DNA of 64,000 bases, taken from positions 157,976,001-158,040,000 of the forward strand of contig NC_091469.1 of assembly GCF_036971445.1 (NCBI RefSeq). The letters are read 5' to 3'. Below, piece by piece: positions 20,734 through 32,926 of the stretch. Within the stretch, counting starts at the first letter, position 1; the number at the start of each line of letters is the position of its first letter. This stretch comes from Narcine bancroftii. Its lineage: Eukaryota. A program made the position numbers and the translations under genes. The notes below the pieces were generated by a model. It had not been told where the DNA came from. It saw only the letters and a program-made list of their open reading frames with translations, and did not search any database.

Positions 20734-22880
20734 ACATAAGAAATAGGAGCAGGAGTCGGCCATCAGGCCCATCGAGCCTCTCCGCCATTCAATAAGGTAA
20801 TGGCTGATCAGATTATTGACTCAACTCCACCTACCTGCCTTTTCCCCATAATCCCTTAATTCCATTTTTATGTAAAAATCTATCTAGCTGAATCTTAAAT
20901 ATGTTTAATGAAGTCGCCTCAACTGCTTCCCTGGGCAGAGAATTCCACAGATTCACAACTCTCTGGGAAAAACAGTTTTTCCTCATCTCCATCTTAAATC
21001 TACTCCCCTGAATATTAACACTCTGTCCCCTAGTTCTGGTCTCTTCTACCAGTGAAAACAATTTTCCTGCCTCTATCTTATCCCTTTCATAATTTTATAT
21101 GCTTCAATAAGATCTCCTCTCATTCAAGTGAGTATAATCCCAGGCGATTGAGTCTCTCCTCGTAGGTCAACTCCATCATCTCTGGGATCAACCTGGTGAA
21201 CCTCCTCTGGACTGCTTCCAAGGCCAGTATATTCTTCCTCAAGTCTGGAGACCAGAACTGCACACAGTTCTCCAAGTGCGGCCTCACCAGTACCTTGTAT
21301 GGTTGCAGCACGACCTCTCTCTCTGCTCTCAAATTTCATTCCTCTAGCGATGAAGGCCAACATTCCATTTGCCTTCTTAATAACTTGTTGCACCTGCAAC
21401 CCAACCTTTTGTGATTCATGCACAAGCCCTCCCAAGTCCTTCTGCTCTACAGCAGGCTGCAGTTTCTCCTAAATAATAATCTGCTCTTCTATTTTTCCTG
21501 CCAAAGTGGATGACCTCGCATTTACTAATGTTGTACTCCATCTGCCAGACCTTTGCTCATTCACCTAACTTAACTATATCATTCTGCAGTCTCTCCACAT
21601 CCTCTGTACTTTTCCACTCAGTTTAGTATCATCCACAAATTTGGCTTCACTACTCTCTGTCCCCTCTTCCAAATCATCAATATAAATGGTGAACAGCTGT
21701 GGGCCCAGCACCAACCCCTGTTGTACCCCACTTACCCCCATTTATCCCGACTCTCTGCCTTCTGTCAGTTAACCAATCCTCAATCCATGCCAATCTACTT
21801 CCCCTGACTCCATTCATCTGTATCTTATTTGATACATCTCTTGTGCGGCACCTTATCAAATGCCTTCTGGAAATTCAAATATACAACATCAACCTGTTCC
21901 CCTCTATCTACCACACCCACAATATCCCCAAAGAACTCCAGCAAGCTTGTTAAACAAGACCTGCCCTTTCTCAATCCATGCTGCATCTGCCTGATGGAAC
22001 CCTTTCATTCTAAATGTCTCGCTATTATCCTTTATGACACCTTCAAACATTTTCCCGTCCTCAGCCGTTAAGCTAAATGGCCGATAGTTACCCGTCTTCT
22101 GCCTACATCCCTTTTTCAAAAGTGGAGTGACATTTGCTGTTTTCCAATCTGCCGGGACCTGCCCAGAATCCAGAGAATTTTAGAAATGACTACCAACGCA
22201 TTGACTATATCTCCGCCATTTCCTTCTGTACCCTGGGATGCCTCCCATCAGGACCAGGGGATTTGTCTGCTTTCAGTCCCATTAGTTTGCTCATCACTAT
22301 CTCTTTTGTAACAATTATTTTATCGAGGCCCTCACCTCCCTTTGCCTCCCTACCACCACTCTTTGCCATGCTGGACATGTCTTCCACTGTGAAGAGTGAC
22401 ACAATATATCTGTTCAATGCCTCGGTCATTTCCCCATTACTCAATATTAATGTCCCTTTCTCATCTTCCAAGGGATCCATGTTGACTCAGGCCACCCTCT
22501 TCCGTTTTATATATTTATAAAATGTTTTGCTATCTGTTTTTATATTTGGTGCTAATTTCCCTTCATGATCCTTCCTTTTCCTTATTTCCCGTTTAGTTCT
22601 CCTTTGTTGCCTTTTAAAGCTTTCCCAGTCCTTCAGTTCCCCACTACTCTTGGCTACTTTGTACACATGAGCTTTTAATTTTATACTTTCCTTTATTTCC
22701 TTAGTTAACCAAGGCTGACTCTTCCCTCTCTTACTGCCCTTATTTTTAAATGGGAATATATTTTTGTTGAGTACCTTGAAAAATCTCTTTGAAAGTCTTC
22801 CACTGTTCTGCCAACTGGCCTCTGCTCCCAGTCCACGCTGACCAATTCCTCCCTCATCCTCTCCCCTGTTCAACCATCAT
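20734..22880 (-). mobile_element. CR1 LINE, 5'-truncated and decayed ORF2
   Basis: KSPGPDG, GNYRP, LVRPHLENCVQFWSP and TRGQ...FSQRVVNLWNSLP. Confidence 0.9.
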
Positions 22881-23419
22881 TTATACAATTAACTCTTCCT
22901 ACTAACGTTATTGGTAAGTCCTTCCATCTATTTAAATAATTTTTAATTTTAGCCAATAATGGAAAATAATTCAACGCAAATAAATTATCTTAATTATTGT
23001 CAATAAAATAATATCCAAATATTTAATTCAGTCAGACCATCTAAACTTCACAATCTTCCTACATAACGAAAAATCCATCTCCGTCAGAGCTTGACGATGT
23101 AGATGCCTTATCTGCGTTTGGTCGCATTCAGTGCAGCAGATTAGATTGGATGGAGTTGCTATGGATGGAAGTGATGAGGGGGGTGAAAGGGGAGACATTG
23201 GGGCACATTTTGAATCTTGTACATTTGCAGTGGGAAGTGACAAAGGGGGTGATCCGTTGTGCAGGGAGGGACAAATGGATCAATGAAGAGGCTAATCCTT
23301 ATGGGATTAGATAGAGATGCCAACTAGTAGTGGGATCACGTTGACATTGGCTGAAGCATCCAAGAGTGGCTTATCAGATGGGAAAGTGAAGACATAGAGG
23401 GCTCTCTTTGTCCTTAACA

Positions 23420-24460
23420 CCATAGGACATAGGAGAAGAATTAGCCCATTCAGCCCATTGAGTCTGCCCCACCGTTCCATCATGGCAAATTTACTCTACT
23501 TTTTGACCCATTCTCATGCCTTCTCCCCTGATACACCATCAATAATCACAAAAGTCTGAAGCGATGAAACTATCAGGGTTTTATTAACTATAGACTGGAA
23601 CAGCCATCAGCCTCATTGACTGATCGAGAGAGAGTGGAATGGGGAGCATGCAAGGGGCTGTGGGTAGGATCGGTCTCGGGAGGCGTGTCCAGCTGGCAGC
23701 AGCCAATCATAGCGTAACAGTGGTTTACCTCATCTCATAACCCTTGATTCCCTTCCTGATCAAAAATATCTACCTTCGCTTTAATATTCCCAATGACTCG
23801 GCATCCACAGCCATTCCTGGCAACAAATTCCTCAAATTCTCTATCCTCCAAGTAAAGAAATTCTTCCCCATCTCTGTTCTAAAAGGAAGTATTTGTATTC
23901 TATGGCTCTGCCCTCTGGTCGCAGGCTCCCCCATCACTGGAAACATCCTCTCCACAACCACTTTATCATCAGTATTCAATAGGTTTTAATGAGATTCCCC
24001 CCCCCCCCCCCATTCTTCTAAATTCCAGCAAGTACAATTCCAACACCTTCAAACTCTTCTGAAGTGAAAACCCTTTCACTCTAGGGATCATCCTTGTAAA
24101 CCTCCTCTGGACCCTCTCCAAATCCAACACATCCTTCTTTAGATCTGGAGCCCAACAGCATGGTTGGCACTACGCTGTTACAGCACCAGTGATCCGGACC
24201 TGGGTACGAATCCCACGCTGTCTGCAAGGAGTTGGTACGTTCTCCCTGTACCTGCGTGGGTTTTCCCCAGAGGGCTCCGGTTTCCTCCCACCCTTCAAAA
24301 TCGTACCGGGGGTGTAATTGGGCGGCATGGACTCGTGGGCCAAAAGGGCCTGTTACTGTGCTGTAGGTCTAAATTTTTAAAACTGCTCACAATACTCCAA
24401 GTGCGGTCTGACCAATGCCTTAACATCATATCCTTGCTTTGATATTCTATTCCTCTCAAA
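23420..24460 (-). mobile_element. CR1 3' fragment interrupted by a ~200-bp TG..CA element (23529-23732) and a V-SINE (24156-24380, +)
   Basis: CR1 C-terminal ORF 23770..23979; SINE core similar to the other copies. Confidence 0.7.
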
Positions 24461-26034
24461 ATAAATGCGAGCATTCCATTTGCTTTCCTTACCAGTGCAG
24501 CACAGAAAAAGGGCTTTCAGCCCTTTTAGTCTGTGCCAAACTATTCTTCTGTCTAGTTCCACTGATTCTACATGCAAAGTTGGCCTTTAGTGAGTCCGCG
24601 CACCAGATTTTATTTAGTGGGAGTGCGGGCGAGATGGGCCAAACAGTCTCTTGCTCCTCATTCATGGCCTGTTTGTTCTCACTGCCATAGCGAGGGTTGC
24701 AAGGAGACATGTCAGAGTCACACAGCGTAGAGATCTGGCCCCACATCCCACACCGACCAAAATGTCCCAGCTGCACTGGTCCCTCCTGCCTGCTTTTGGC
24801 TCAGATCCCTCTAAACTCATCCTATCCATGTATCCGTTTGAATGTTTTTGCAACGCTACAATAGCAGCTCCTCTGGCAGCCCATTCTAGACACTCACCAC
24901 CCTCTGTGTGAAAAAAATTGCCCCTCAGCTACCTGTTAAATTTTCCACCCCTGATCTTTAACCGATGTCCTCTGGTCACTGATGTCTCTGGAGGAGGGGG
25001 CGATGGTTGAACATTCTAGGTTGCTCGTTAGCAGCAAATAAGTTCTCAGAATTATCTCTGAGTCACGGACTATCAATCAATCTATTTGACTCACAACTTG
25101 ATATACCTGATGGAGGTGCCTGAAATTCTGGTGTGGACCGAGGGAGGCTGTTGCCATTGGTGGAAGGGATAAGAGCTGAGACTGTAGGATAAAGGTTAAT
25201 TGGCCAAGGGGCATTACCCCATCAGGCGCAGGTTGGGCTGTAACATGGGATCAGGGCTGGGAGTGGGAGTATTCAAAAGGGCCTGGATACTTTTACGAAA
25301 GCAAGGAATTTTTTGGGCGGTGGGAGAGTGCTCTGGCATGGAGCCTGAATGGGCTAAATGGCCTTCCTGGCTGTAACCAGCCCATGACCCGGAGAGAGTT
25401 CCAACAGCTTGTTTGCTCGTGAATGCCGAGAATGTCCAACCATTTTCCTGCAGAAAACGGAGCAGCAAAACTATAAAAACCATTAACACCTGGAGAACAG
25501 ACAATATTGAAAAACATCCCAAAGCACCTGATTGAATCCCAGCCGGTAACACTCCCATGTATCCATTGTTGTACAAATGCCTGAGCCCCTCCCGCTTCAG
25601 ACCTTAACCACTCCCCTGCAAACCAGACAAAGGATGAAACTTGCGACAGTGACATCACTAGGGTTGGTGTCACCCAGCGGGGTAACTCGTGGTGTCACCC
25701 TCCACCCTCCCACGATGGACCACCTCCCGTACCAGACCATACTGACGTATGTACTAACGCTCCTCGTAAATTGTACTTCCCATAGATCGCTGAATGTACC
25801 GGCGATCACTGTGAGATAAACAACTTGCAAAATTAAAATTACACCTTTAAATTACAATATCATTCTACTTCATTCTCAAGAAAGTTATTGATTCAGGTTC
25901 ACAAATACTAATTACCACAAAATTGTAGCTAAAATGACAGAATATTTGACAAAAGCAGCGACTATAACAACACCAGCGGCAATGAAAACAACAGCGCGCA
26001 GATGAAACCACGCGATTCGAAGCATTGTGATACT

Positions 26035-26282
26035 TTTAAAATTTAGACACACGGTAGGGTAACAGGCCATTTCGGCCTACGAGGCCGTGCTGCCCAATTA
26101 CACCCCATTAACCTACAACATTTCGAACGGTGGGAGGAAACCGGAGCCCCCGGGGAAAACCCACGCAGACACGGGGAGAACGTACAAACTCCTTACAGAC
26201 AGCGCGGGATTCGAAACCTGGTCCCGATCGCTGGCGCTGTAAGGGCATTGCGCTAATAGCTACGCTAACTGTGGCACCCACA
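26035..26282 (-). mobile_element. V-SINE (HE1-like), well preserved
   Basis: CpG-rich inverted copy with tRNA head and V-domain core. Confidence 0.82.
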
Positions 26283-26659
26283 ATGTCATAATCCCAAATT
26301 CTAAGCTTGACTCGGTGCACCTGAGAACATTTCCACCATGTTCAACCCGTTGACTTCTGACATTACATGCAATTTTCACATCATCTTTTCCCTCCTCCAC
26401 TCCTCTATCTGCTCTGGCACCCTAGTTCTCATCCCCCTGCTAACCTACTTTAAACTCCCCAGAGCAGCACAAGCAAGCCTTCCTGCAAGGATATCAGTTC
26501 TCCTCCAGTTCAGATGCAAACTGTCCCATCGGCACAGGTCCCACCTTCCCTGGGAGAGAGGCCAATACCTGAAGCCCTCCCCCATGCACCAGGTTTTTAG
26601 CTGTGGGTTAAGCTGCATCATCCTCCTATCTCTGACCTCAAATCTTTCCCTCTCTGCAG

Positions 26660-27043
26660 ATGTTCTGTTTCCCAATGGGACGATGTCTGCGGCTGATAAG
26701 GTGTTTGCCGTGGAAGGAGGCTTTGCCGTGTTGCCGTGTACTTTTACCCACAACTGCATTAATCAGACCATCACCGGTTCAGTGATGTGGTACCGGAGGA
26801 AATTCTGGGATCAAAACCTTGTGTTTGACTGTACATTTCATGGCCCCAGCCTCTCCTGGTGTGATAAAGAGGCGCAAGAGGCCGGAGGTGGTCGCTTCAG
26901 ATTCGTGGGGGACCTCAGCCAGAGAGATGCCTCCATCATGGTGGAGGATCTGCGGCAGGAAGATAACGCCAAATATCGTTGCGGACTGGAGCTCAACGTT
27001 GGAAAGTTTCAATCTGAGTTAATAACGCACTTGTTTGTAAGAG
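26660..27043 (+). CDS. Gene A exon 2, V-set Ig domain (Siglec-15-like)
   Basis: ctctctgcag| acceptor and G|gtgagg donor; 384 bp, phase 1-1. AVLPCTFTH...W...VFDC..C...GRFRFVGD...DASI...L..ED...YRC resembles the Siglec-15 V domain. Confidence 0.9.
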
Positions 27044-27214
27044 GTGAGGAATACTGTTCAAGTTTGCAACTACTCCAGAGGTCACAGAGCATACGTCTCC
27101 CCTGTCCAACGCTGATAAATAAATGTATACCAGTCCTGTGTCTCGTCCGGATGGAGATGTTTAATTACAATTTCGCGATACAGCACGGTAACAGGCCACG
27201 CCGTGCAAATTCAT

Positions 27215-29090
27215 ACAACTATATAAACATATACAGCACAGAAACAGGCCAGTTTGGCCCTATTAGTCCGTGCCAAACATCTTCTCCCACCAAGTCCCAC
27301 TGAGCTGCTTTTGATCCATAATCCTCCACACCCCTCCCATCCATATTCCTATCCAACCTATCCTTGAACATTAACATTGATCTCGCTTCTACCACCACTG
27401 CTGGAAGTTTATTCCATACTCCCTCTGTGCGAAGAAATTCCCTTAAACATTTCCCCTTTTAGTTTCAGTCCATGCCCTTTTGTTTGAACTTCCCCCCACT
27501 CTCAGTGGAAAAAGCCTGTCCACATTCACTCTATCTGTCCCCCTTATAATTTTGAATACCTCTATCAAATCACCCCTCAACCTTCTACACTCCAGGGAAT
27601 CAAGTCTCGGCCTGTAACTTAAACCCTGAAACCCCGGCCACATTCTCATAAACCTCCTCTGCACTCTCTCTATACTGTTTATATCCTTCCTGTAATTTGG
27701 AGACCAAAACTGCACACAATATTCCAAATTTGGCCTCACCGATGCCTTCTACAATTTCAACATAACATCCCAACTCCCGTGTTTTATACTCCGATTTATG
27801 AAAGTCATCATACTAAATGCCTTCTTCACCACCCTGTCCACATGTGATTCAACTTTCAGAGAATTATGTACCATGACTCCTTAATCCCTTTGTTCCACCA
27901 TTTAACGTGTATGCCCTATTTTGATTAGTCCTACCAAAATGTAGCAACTCCATCTTTCAACCCACTCTTCTAACTGTCCAATATCACCCTCTAAGCTTTG
28001 ATAATCTTCCTCACTGTCCACAACACCACCAACCTTTGTATCATCTGCAAATTTACTAATCCAATTTGCCACCCTATCATCTAGATCGTTAATATATATG
28101 ACAAACAACAATGGACCCAGTACCGATCCATGAGACACTCCACTCGACAGCGGCCTCCAATTTGACAAACAATTTTCCACCACTACTCTCTGGCATCTCC
28201 CATCCAACCACTGTTGAATCCATTTCACTATTTCATCATTAATACCTAATGCTTCCACCTTCCTTCCTAACCTCTATGGGGAACCTTATCAAAAGCCTTC
28301 CTGAAGTCCAAATAGACAACATCCTCATCAACCTTTTTAGTAACTTCCTCGAAAAACTCTAAAAGATTTGTTAGACATGATCTGCCATGTACAAAACCAT
28401 GCTGTCTACTCCAAATCAATTCCTGTCTTTCCCAATAGTTATATATACCATCTCTAAGAACACTTTCCATTAATTTACACACCACCAATGTCAGACTTAT
28501 AGGCTTATAATTACTAGGTCTACTTTTAGATCTTTTTTTGAACAGCGGAACAACATGAGCTACCCTCCAGTCCTCCGGGACTTTCCCCGTGGCCAGTGAC
28601 ATTTTAAATATTTCTGTCAACGTCCCCACTATTTGTTCACCAACCTTCCTCAGGGTCCTAGGGACTATTTTGTCAGGACCTGAAGATTATCCACCTTGAT
28701 CTTTTTCAATATAGCCAACACTACCTCCTCATTAATCCTTATATTATCCATGAGCTCCCTACCATATTTCTTCACTTCATCTGGCTCAATAATCTTTTCC
28801 TTAGTGAATACTGACTTCTCATGGAGCCAATTTCCCCCCGCTCCCCCCATCTTCAAGGGGTCCAATTTTATCACTCACTGTTCTTTAACTTTTAATGTAC
28901 ATATAGAAACCCTTTGGATTTATTTTTAATAAAGCAGTTTCATTTCTCCTTTTAGCCTTTCTAATTTCTTCTTAAGATATTTTTTATAAACACTCCTTAT
29001 ATTCCTCAAGCAATTCATCTATTCCCTACTGTTTATGCCTGTTGTACACATTCCTCTTCCTCCGAACCAATTTCCCAATATCTTTTGAAA
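27215..29090 (-). mobile_element. CR1 LINE, decayed RT region
   Basis: QHGF..GRSCLTNL, DFRKAFDKVPH, GSVLGPLLF, FADD and RPNLEYCVQFWSP. Confidence 0.9.
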
Positions 29091-29430
29091 ACCTACAATT
29101 AACCTACAATCCCCTTGAATGTTTTAAAGGGTGGGGGAAACTGGAGCACCCAGGGAAAACCCACGCAGACACGGGGAGAATGTGCAAACTCCTTACAGAC
29201 AGCACAGAGTCAAACCTATGTCAGTGCCGTCTGTCTCAAATGATGAACAGAAGCAGGATCTGGGGATGCCCAGATTCACTGTTGCTCCCTCTCTCCCTCT
29301 GCAGGGCAGTACTGAGGGAACACCACAGTGTCAGAAGTGCCCCATCCCCATGCAGTGTTTTGGAACCATCCTTCGATCTGTCCTCTCCCCTGCACCCATC
29401 CTGACCCACCTTCCCTTGTCCTTCACTGTC

Positions 29431-29576
29431 NNNNNNNNNNNNNNNNNNNNNNNNNNNNNNNNNNNNNNNNNNNNNNNNNNNNNNNNNNNNNNNNNNNNNN
29501 NNNNNNNNNNNNNNNNNNNNNNNNNNNNNNNNNNNNNNNNNNNNNNNNNNNNNNNNNNNNNNNNNNNNNNNNNNNN
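29431..29576. other. Assembly gap (146 N)
   Basis: Run of N. Confidence 1.
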
Positions 29577-29596
29577 TAGAATCAAGTCAATCCACT

Positions 29597-31352
29597 CATA
29601 ACATAACATAACATAACAATTACAGCACGGAAACAGGCCATTAGGCCCTTCTAGTCCGCACCGAACCAAACACCCCTTTCTAGTCCCACCTCCCTGCACA
29701 ATGCCCATAACCCTCCATCTTCTTCTCATCCATATACCTGTCCAACCTTTTCTTAAATAATACAATTGACTCCGCCGCCACTATTTCTCCCGGAAGCTCA
29801 TTCCACACGGCTACCACTCTCTGAGTAAAGAAGTTCCCCCTCATGTTACCTCTAAACCTCTGCCCCTTAATTCTTAACTCATGTCCTCTTGTTTTAATCT
29901 TTCCCCCTCTTAACGGAAATAGTCTATCCACATCCACTCTGTCTATCCCTTTCATAATCTTAAATACTTCTATCAAATCCCCTCTCAACCTTCTACGCTC
30001 CAAAGAATAAAGACCTAATCTGTCCAATCTCTCCCTGTACTCTAGATGCTTAAACCCAGGTAACATTCTGGTAAACCTTCTCTGCACTCTCTCTACTCTG
30101 TTTATATCCTTCCTATAATTAGGCGACCAGAACTGCACACAGAACTCCAAATTAGGCCGCACCAACGTCTTATACAATCTCAACATCACCTCCCAACTCC
30201 TATATTCCATGCAATGATTGATAAAGGCCAGCATACTAAAAGCCTTCTTCACCACTCTATTCACGTGAGTTTCTACCTTCAGGGAACGATGTACCGTTAC
30301 TCCTAAATCTTTCTGCTCTTCTGTATTCATCAATGCTCTCCCATTTACCACGTATGTCCTATTCTGATTCTTCTTACCAAAATGAAGCACCTCACACTTA
30401 TCAGCATTAAATTCCATCTGCCATTTTTCAGCCCACTTTTCTAAGCAGCCCAAATCCCTCTGCAATCCTTGAAAACCTTCTTCATTATCCACTATTCCAC
30501 CTATCTTAGTATCGTCTGCATATTTACTAATCCAATTCACCACCCCATCATCTAGATCATTAATGTATATAACGAACAACAATGGGCCCAATACAGATCC
30601 TTGAGGCACACCACTGGTCACCGGCCTCCAACCTGACAGACAATTATCCACTACCACTCTCTGGCCTCTCCCTTTCAGCCAATGTTCAATCCATTTGACT
30701 ATCTTAAAATTTATACCTAAAGACTGCACCTTCCTAACTAACCTACCATGTGGTACCTTATCGAAGGCCTTACTGAAGTCCATATAGACAACATCCACTG
30801 CGCTACCCTCATCCACATTCCTAGTCACCTCTTCAAAAAATTCAATCAGATTGGTCAAACATGACCTTCCTCCCACAAATCCATGTTGAGTGCTCCTGAT
30901 CAGACCCTGTCTATCCAGATGTTTATAAGTACTATCTCTAAGAATTTTCTCCATTAATTTACCTACCACAGACGTCAAACTTACAGGCCGATAGTTGCCA
31001 GGCTTCCTCCTTGAACCCTTTTTAAATAACGGAACCACATGCACAATGCGCCAATCCTCCAGCACTATCCCCATATCTAATGACATTTGGAAAATTACCG
31101 CCAGAGCCTCTGCTATTTCCTCCCTCACTTCTCTCAATGTCCTGGGGAAGATCCCGTCTGGTCCCGGAGACTTATCCACCTTTATATTCTTCAAAAGCTT
31201 TAAAACTACACCTTTTGTAATCTCTATATTCCCCATATTTACCCAATTTGCTTTTTTTTATCTCACATCTCCCAGTATCCTTCTCCTTAGTGAATACCGA
31301 AGAAAAGAAACTGTTCAATATCTCCCCCATTTCTCTAGGCTCCACACAAAAA
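29597..31352 (-). mobile_element. Young 5'-truncated CR1 LINE with an uninterrupted 518-aa RT/C-terminal frame (29680..31236)
   Basis: KSPGPDG, YRPVSLT, DFSKAFD, GVPQGSVLGP and YADD; (TTATG)n 3' tail. Confidence 0.95.
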
Positions 31353-31387
31353 TCACTGATGCATTCATGTGTCTGTTCTTCCCTCAG

Positions 31388-31756
31388 CTCCTGACCACAG
31401 GGTATCAGTGGTGACTGGAGCAGAGGGAGCATCAGCCACCTTACCCTGTATCTTCTCACAGACTCCATTTTACACCGTACACATGGTCACCTGGATGACG
31501 AAAGATCCCTACCGACACGTTGTTACATTCAGACATCAATCTAATGGATTGTGGGCAGTGGAAAGAGGTGCAACTCGGTACGAGCTCATCGGGGACCCTA
31601 AACAGGGAAATGCCTCAACCCAGATAAACCAGCTGAGTGTGCAAGACAGTCATATTTACCTGTGTTTAGTGGAGTTTCATATGCCAATCTACCTTCAGAA
31701 AAAGCAGCCATTTTCCCAAATATCCCAGCGTGATGTCCGGCTGCAGGTCCTATCCG
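31388..31756 (+). CDS. Gene A exon 3, second V-set Ig domain
   Basis: cttccctcag| acceptor and G|gtaaga donor; 369 bp, phase 1-1. ATLPCIF..VTW..RYELIGDPKQGNAS..I..L...DS..YLCLVEF..VRLQV. Confidence 0.9.
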
Positions 31757-31896
31757 GTAAGAACCTGTTACCACATTCTGGGGCGCACAGTGAAGTGGTA
31801 AAGGAGAGAGGGGAACAGAAGCAGGGAAGCCCATCTCTCAGCTGGGTCAGTCTCACCTCTGAGACATCGTTCCATAGCACTGTTCCAATTATGCTT

Positions 31897-32672
31897 GGAA
31901 GAGTGGGCTGAAAGTTGGCAGATGGAGTTTAATGTAGATAAGTGTGAGGTGCTTCATTTTGGGAGGAATAACCAAAACAGGACGTATGCAGTGAAGGGGA
32001 AGGGATTGAGGAATGCAGAGGAACAGAGGAATAACAGTTCAGCGTTCCTTGAAGGTGGATTCCCATGTAGATAGGGTGGTGAAGAAGGCTTTTGGAATGC
32101 AGGCCTTTATAAATCATAGCATAGAATATAGGAGCTGGGAGGTGATGTTGAGACTGTTCAAGGTATTGGTGAGGCCAAGTTTGGAGTATTGTGTGCAATT
32201 CTGGTCTCCAAATTATAGGAAGGATATAAATAAGGTGGAGAGGGTGCAGAGAAGATTTAGTAAAATGTTGCCTGGATTGCAGTATCTAGAATACGGAGAA
32301 AGATTGAGTCGACTGGGTCTTTATTTATTGGAACGTAGAAGGTTGAAGGGGGATCTGATAGAGGTATTTAAAATTATGAAGGGATTGGAACGAGGGGTCA
32401 TAAGTTAAGGGTTAGGGGGCATAACTTTAGGAGTAATATGAGAGGGGGCTTCTTCACTCAGAGAGGGGTGGCTGAGTGGAATAACCTTCCGGAAGAGGTG
32501 GTTGCAGCAGGGTCAATTCTATCATTTAAGAGGAGGTCAGATGAGTATATGGATGTGAGGGGGTTGGAGGGTCATGGGCAGGGAGCAGGTAGGTGAACTA
32601 GTGGAGTTTCACTTAAATCGGTGTGGACTAGAGATGGCCTGTTTCCGTACTGTAAATGCTATATGGTTATAT
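31897..32672 (+). mobile_element. CR1 3' fragment
   Basis: ORF 32013..32408 contains LVRPSLEYCVQFWSP...RRRLKGDLIEVFKI. Confidence 0.88.
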
Positions 32673-32926
32673 GATGTCAAACCAAAGTGCAGACTATCCC
32701 CTCAAGTGCTGATCAAGCCTCTGGAGAATCCTTCAGCATGTTGTACCGTTTAATTAAGAGGGAGCACCAGATCATTGGATAAGCATGCGTATGACCCATA
32801 GGTGGATGGTCTGGAGGATTACCAGTGGTTACAGAGAGTCACTGGAATGTCACAGAACTGGACTGAGAGTGGTGGGTGCCCGGAATGCATTGCCAGGGGT
32901 GGTGGAGGACACTGTTAAAATAGGAT

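Noticed and set aside
25050-25100. Two AP-1 sites (TGAGTCA, TGACTCA) in intron 1 as an enhancer
   Set aside because: Short motifs with no independent support.
25647-26030. Possible hAT-type transposon end (CAGTGACATCACTAGGGTTGGTGTCACCC)
   Set aside because: No matching second TIR or TSD found, so it is not called as a feature.
26338-27303. 321-aa ORF as a single-exon gene
   Set aside because: Only 26660-27043 is bounded by splice sites and Ig-like. The 5' part is antisense to a CR1 ORF1 (esterase-like) remnant and the 3' part runs into intronic repeats.
29285-29345. Strong-looking splice acceptor before the N gap as an extra exon of gene A
   Set aside because: No Ig-like frame follows, the sequence resembles a decayed SINE core, and the gap prevents evaluation.
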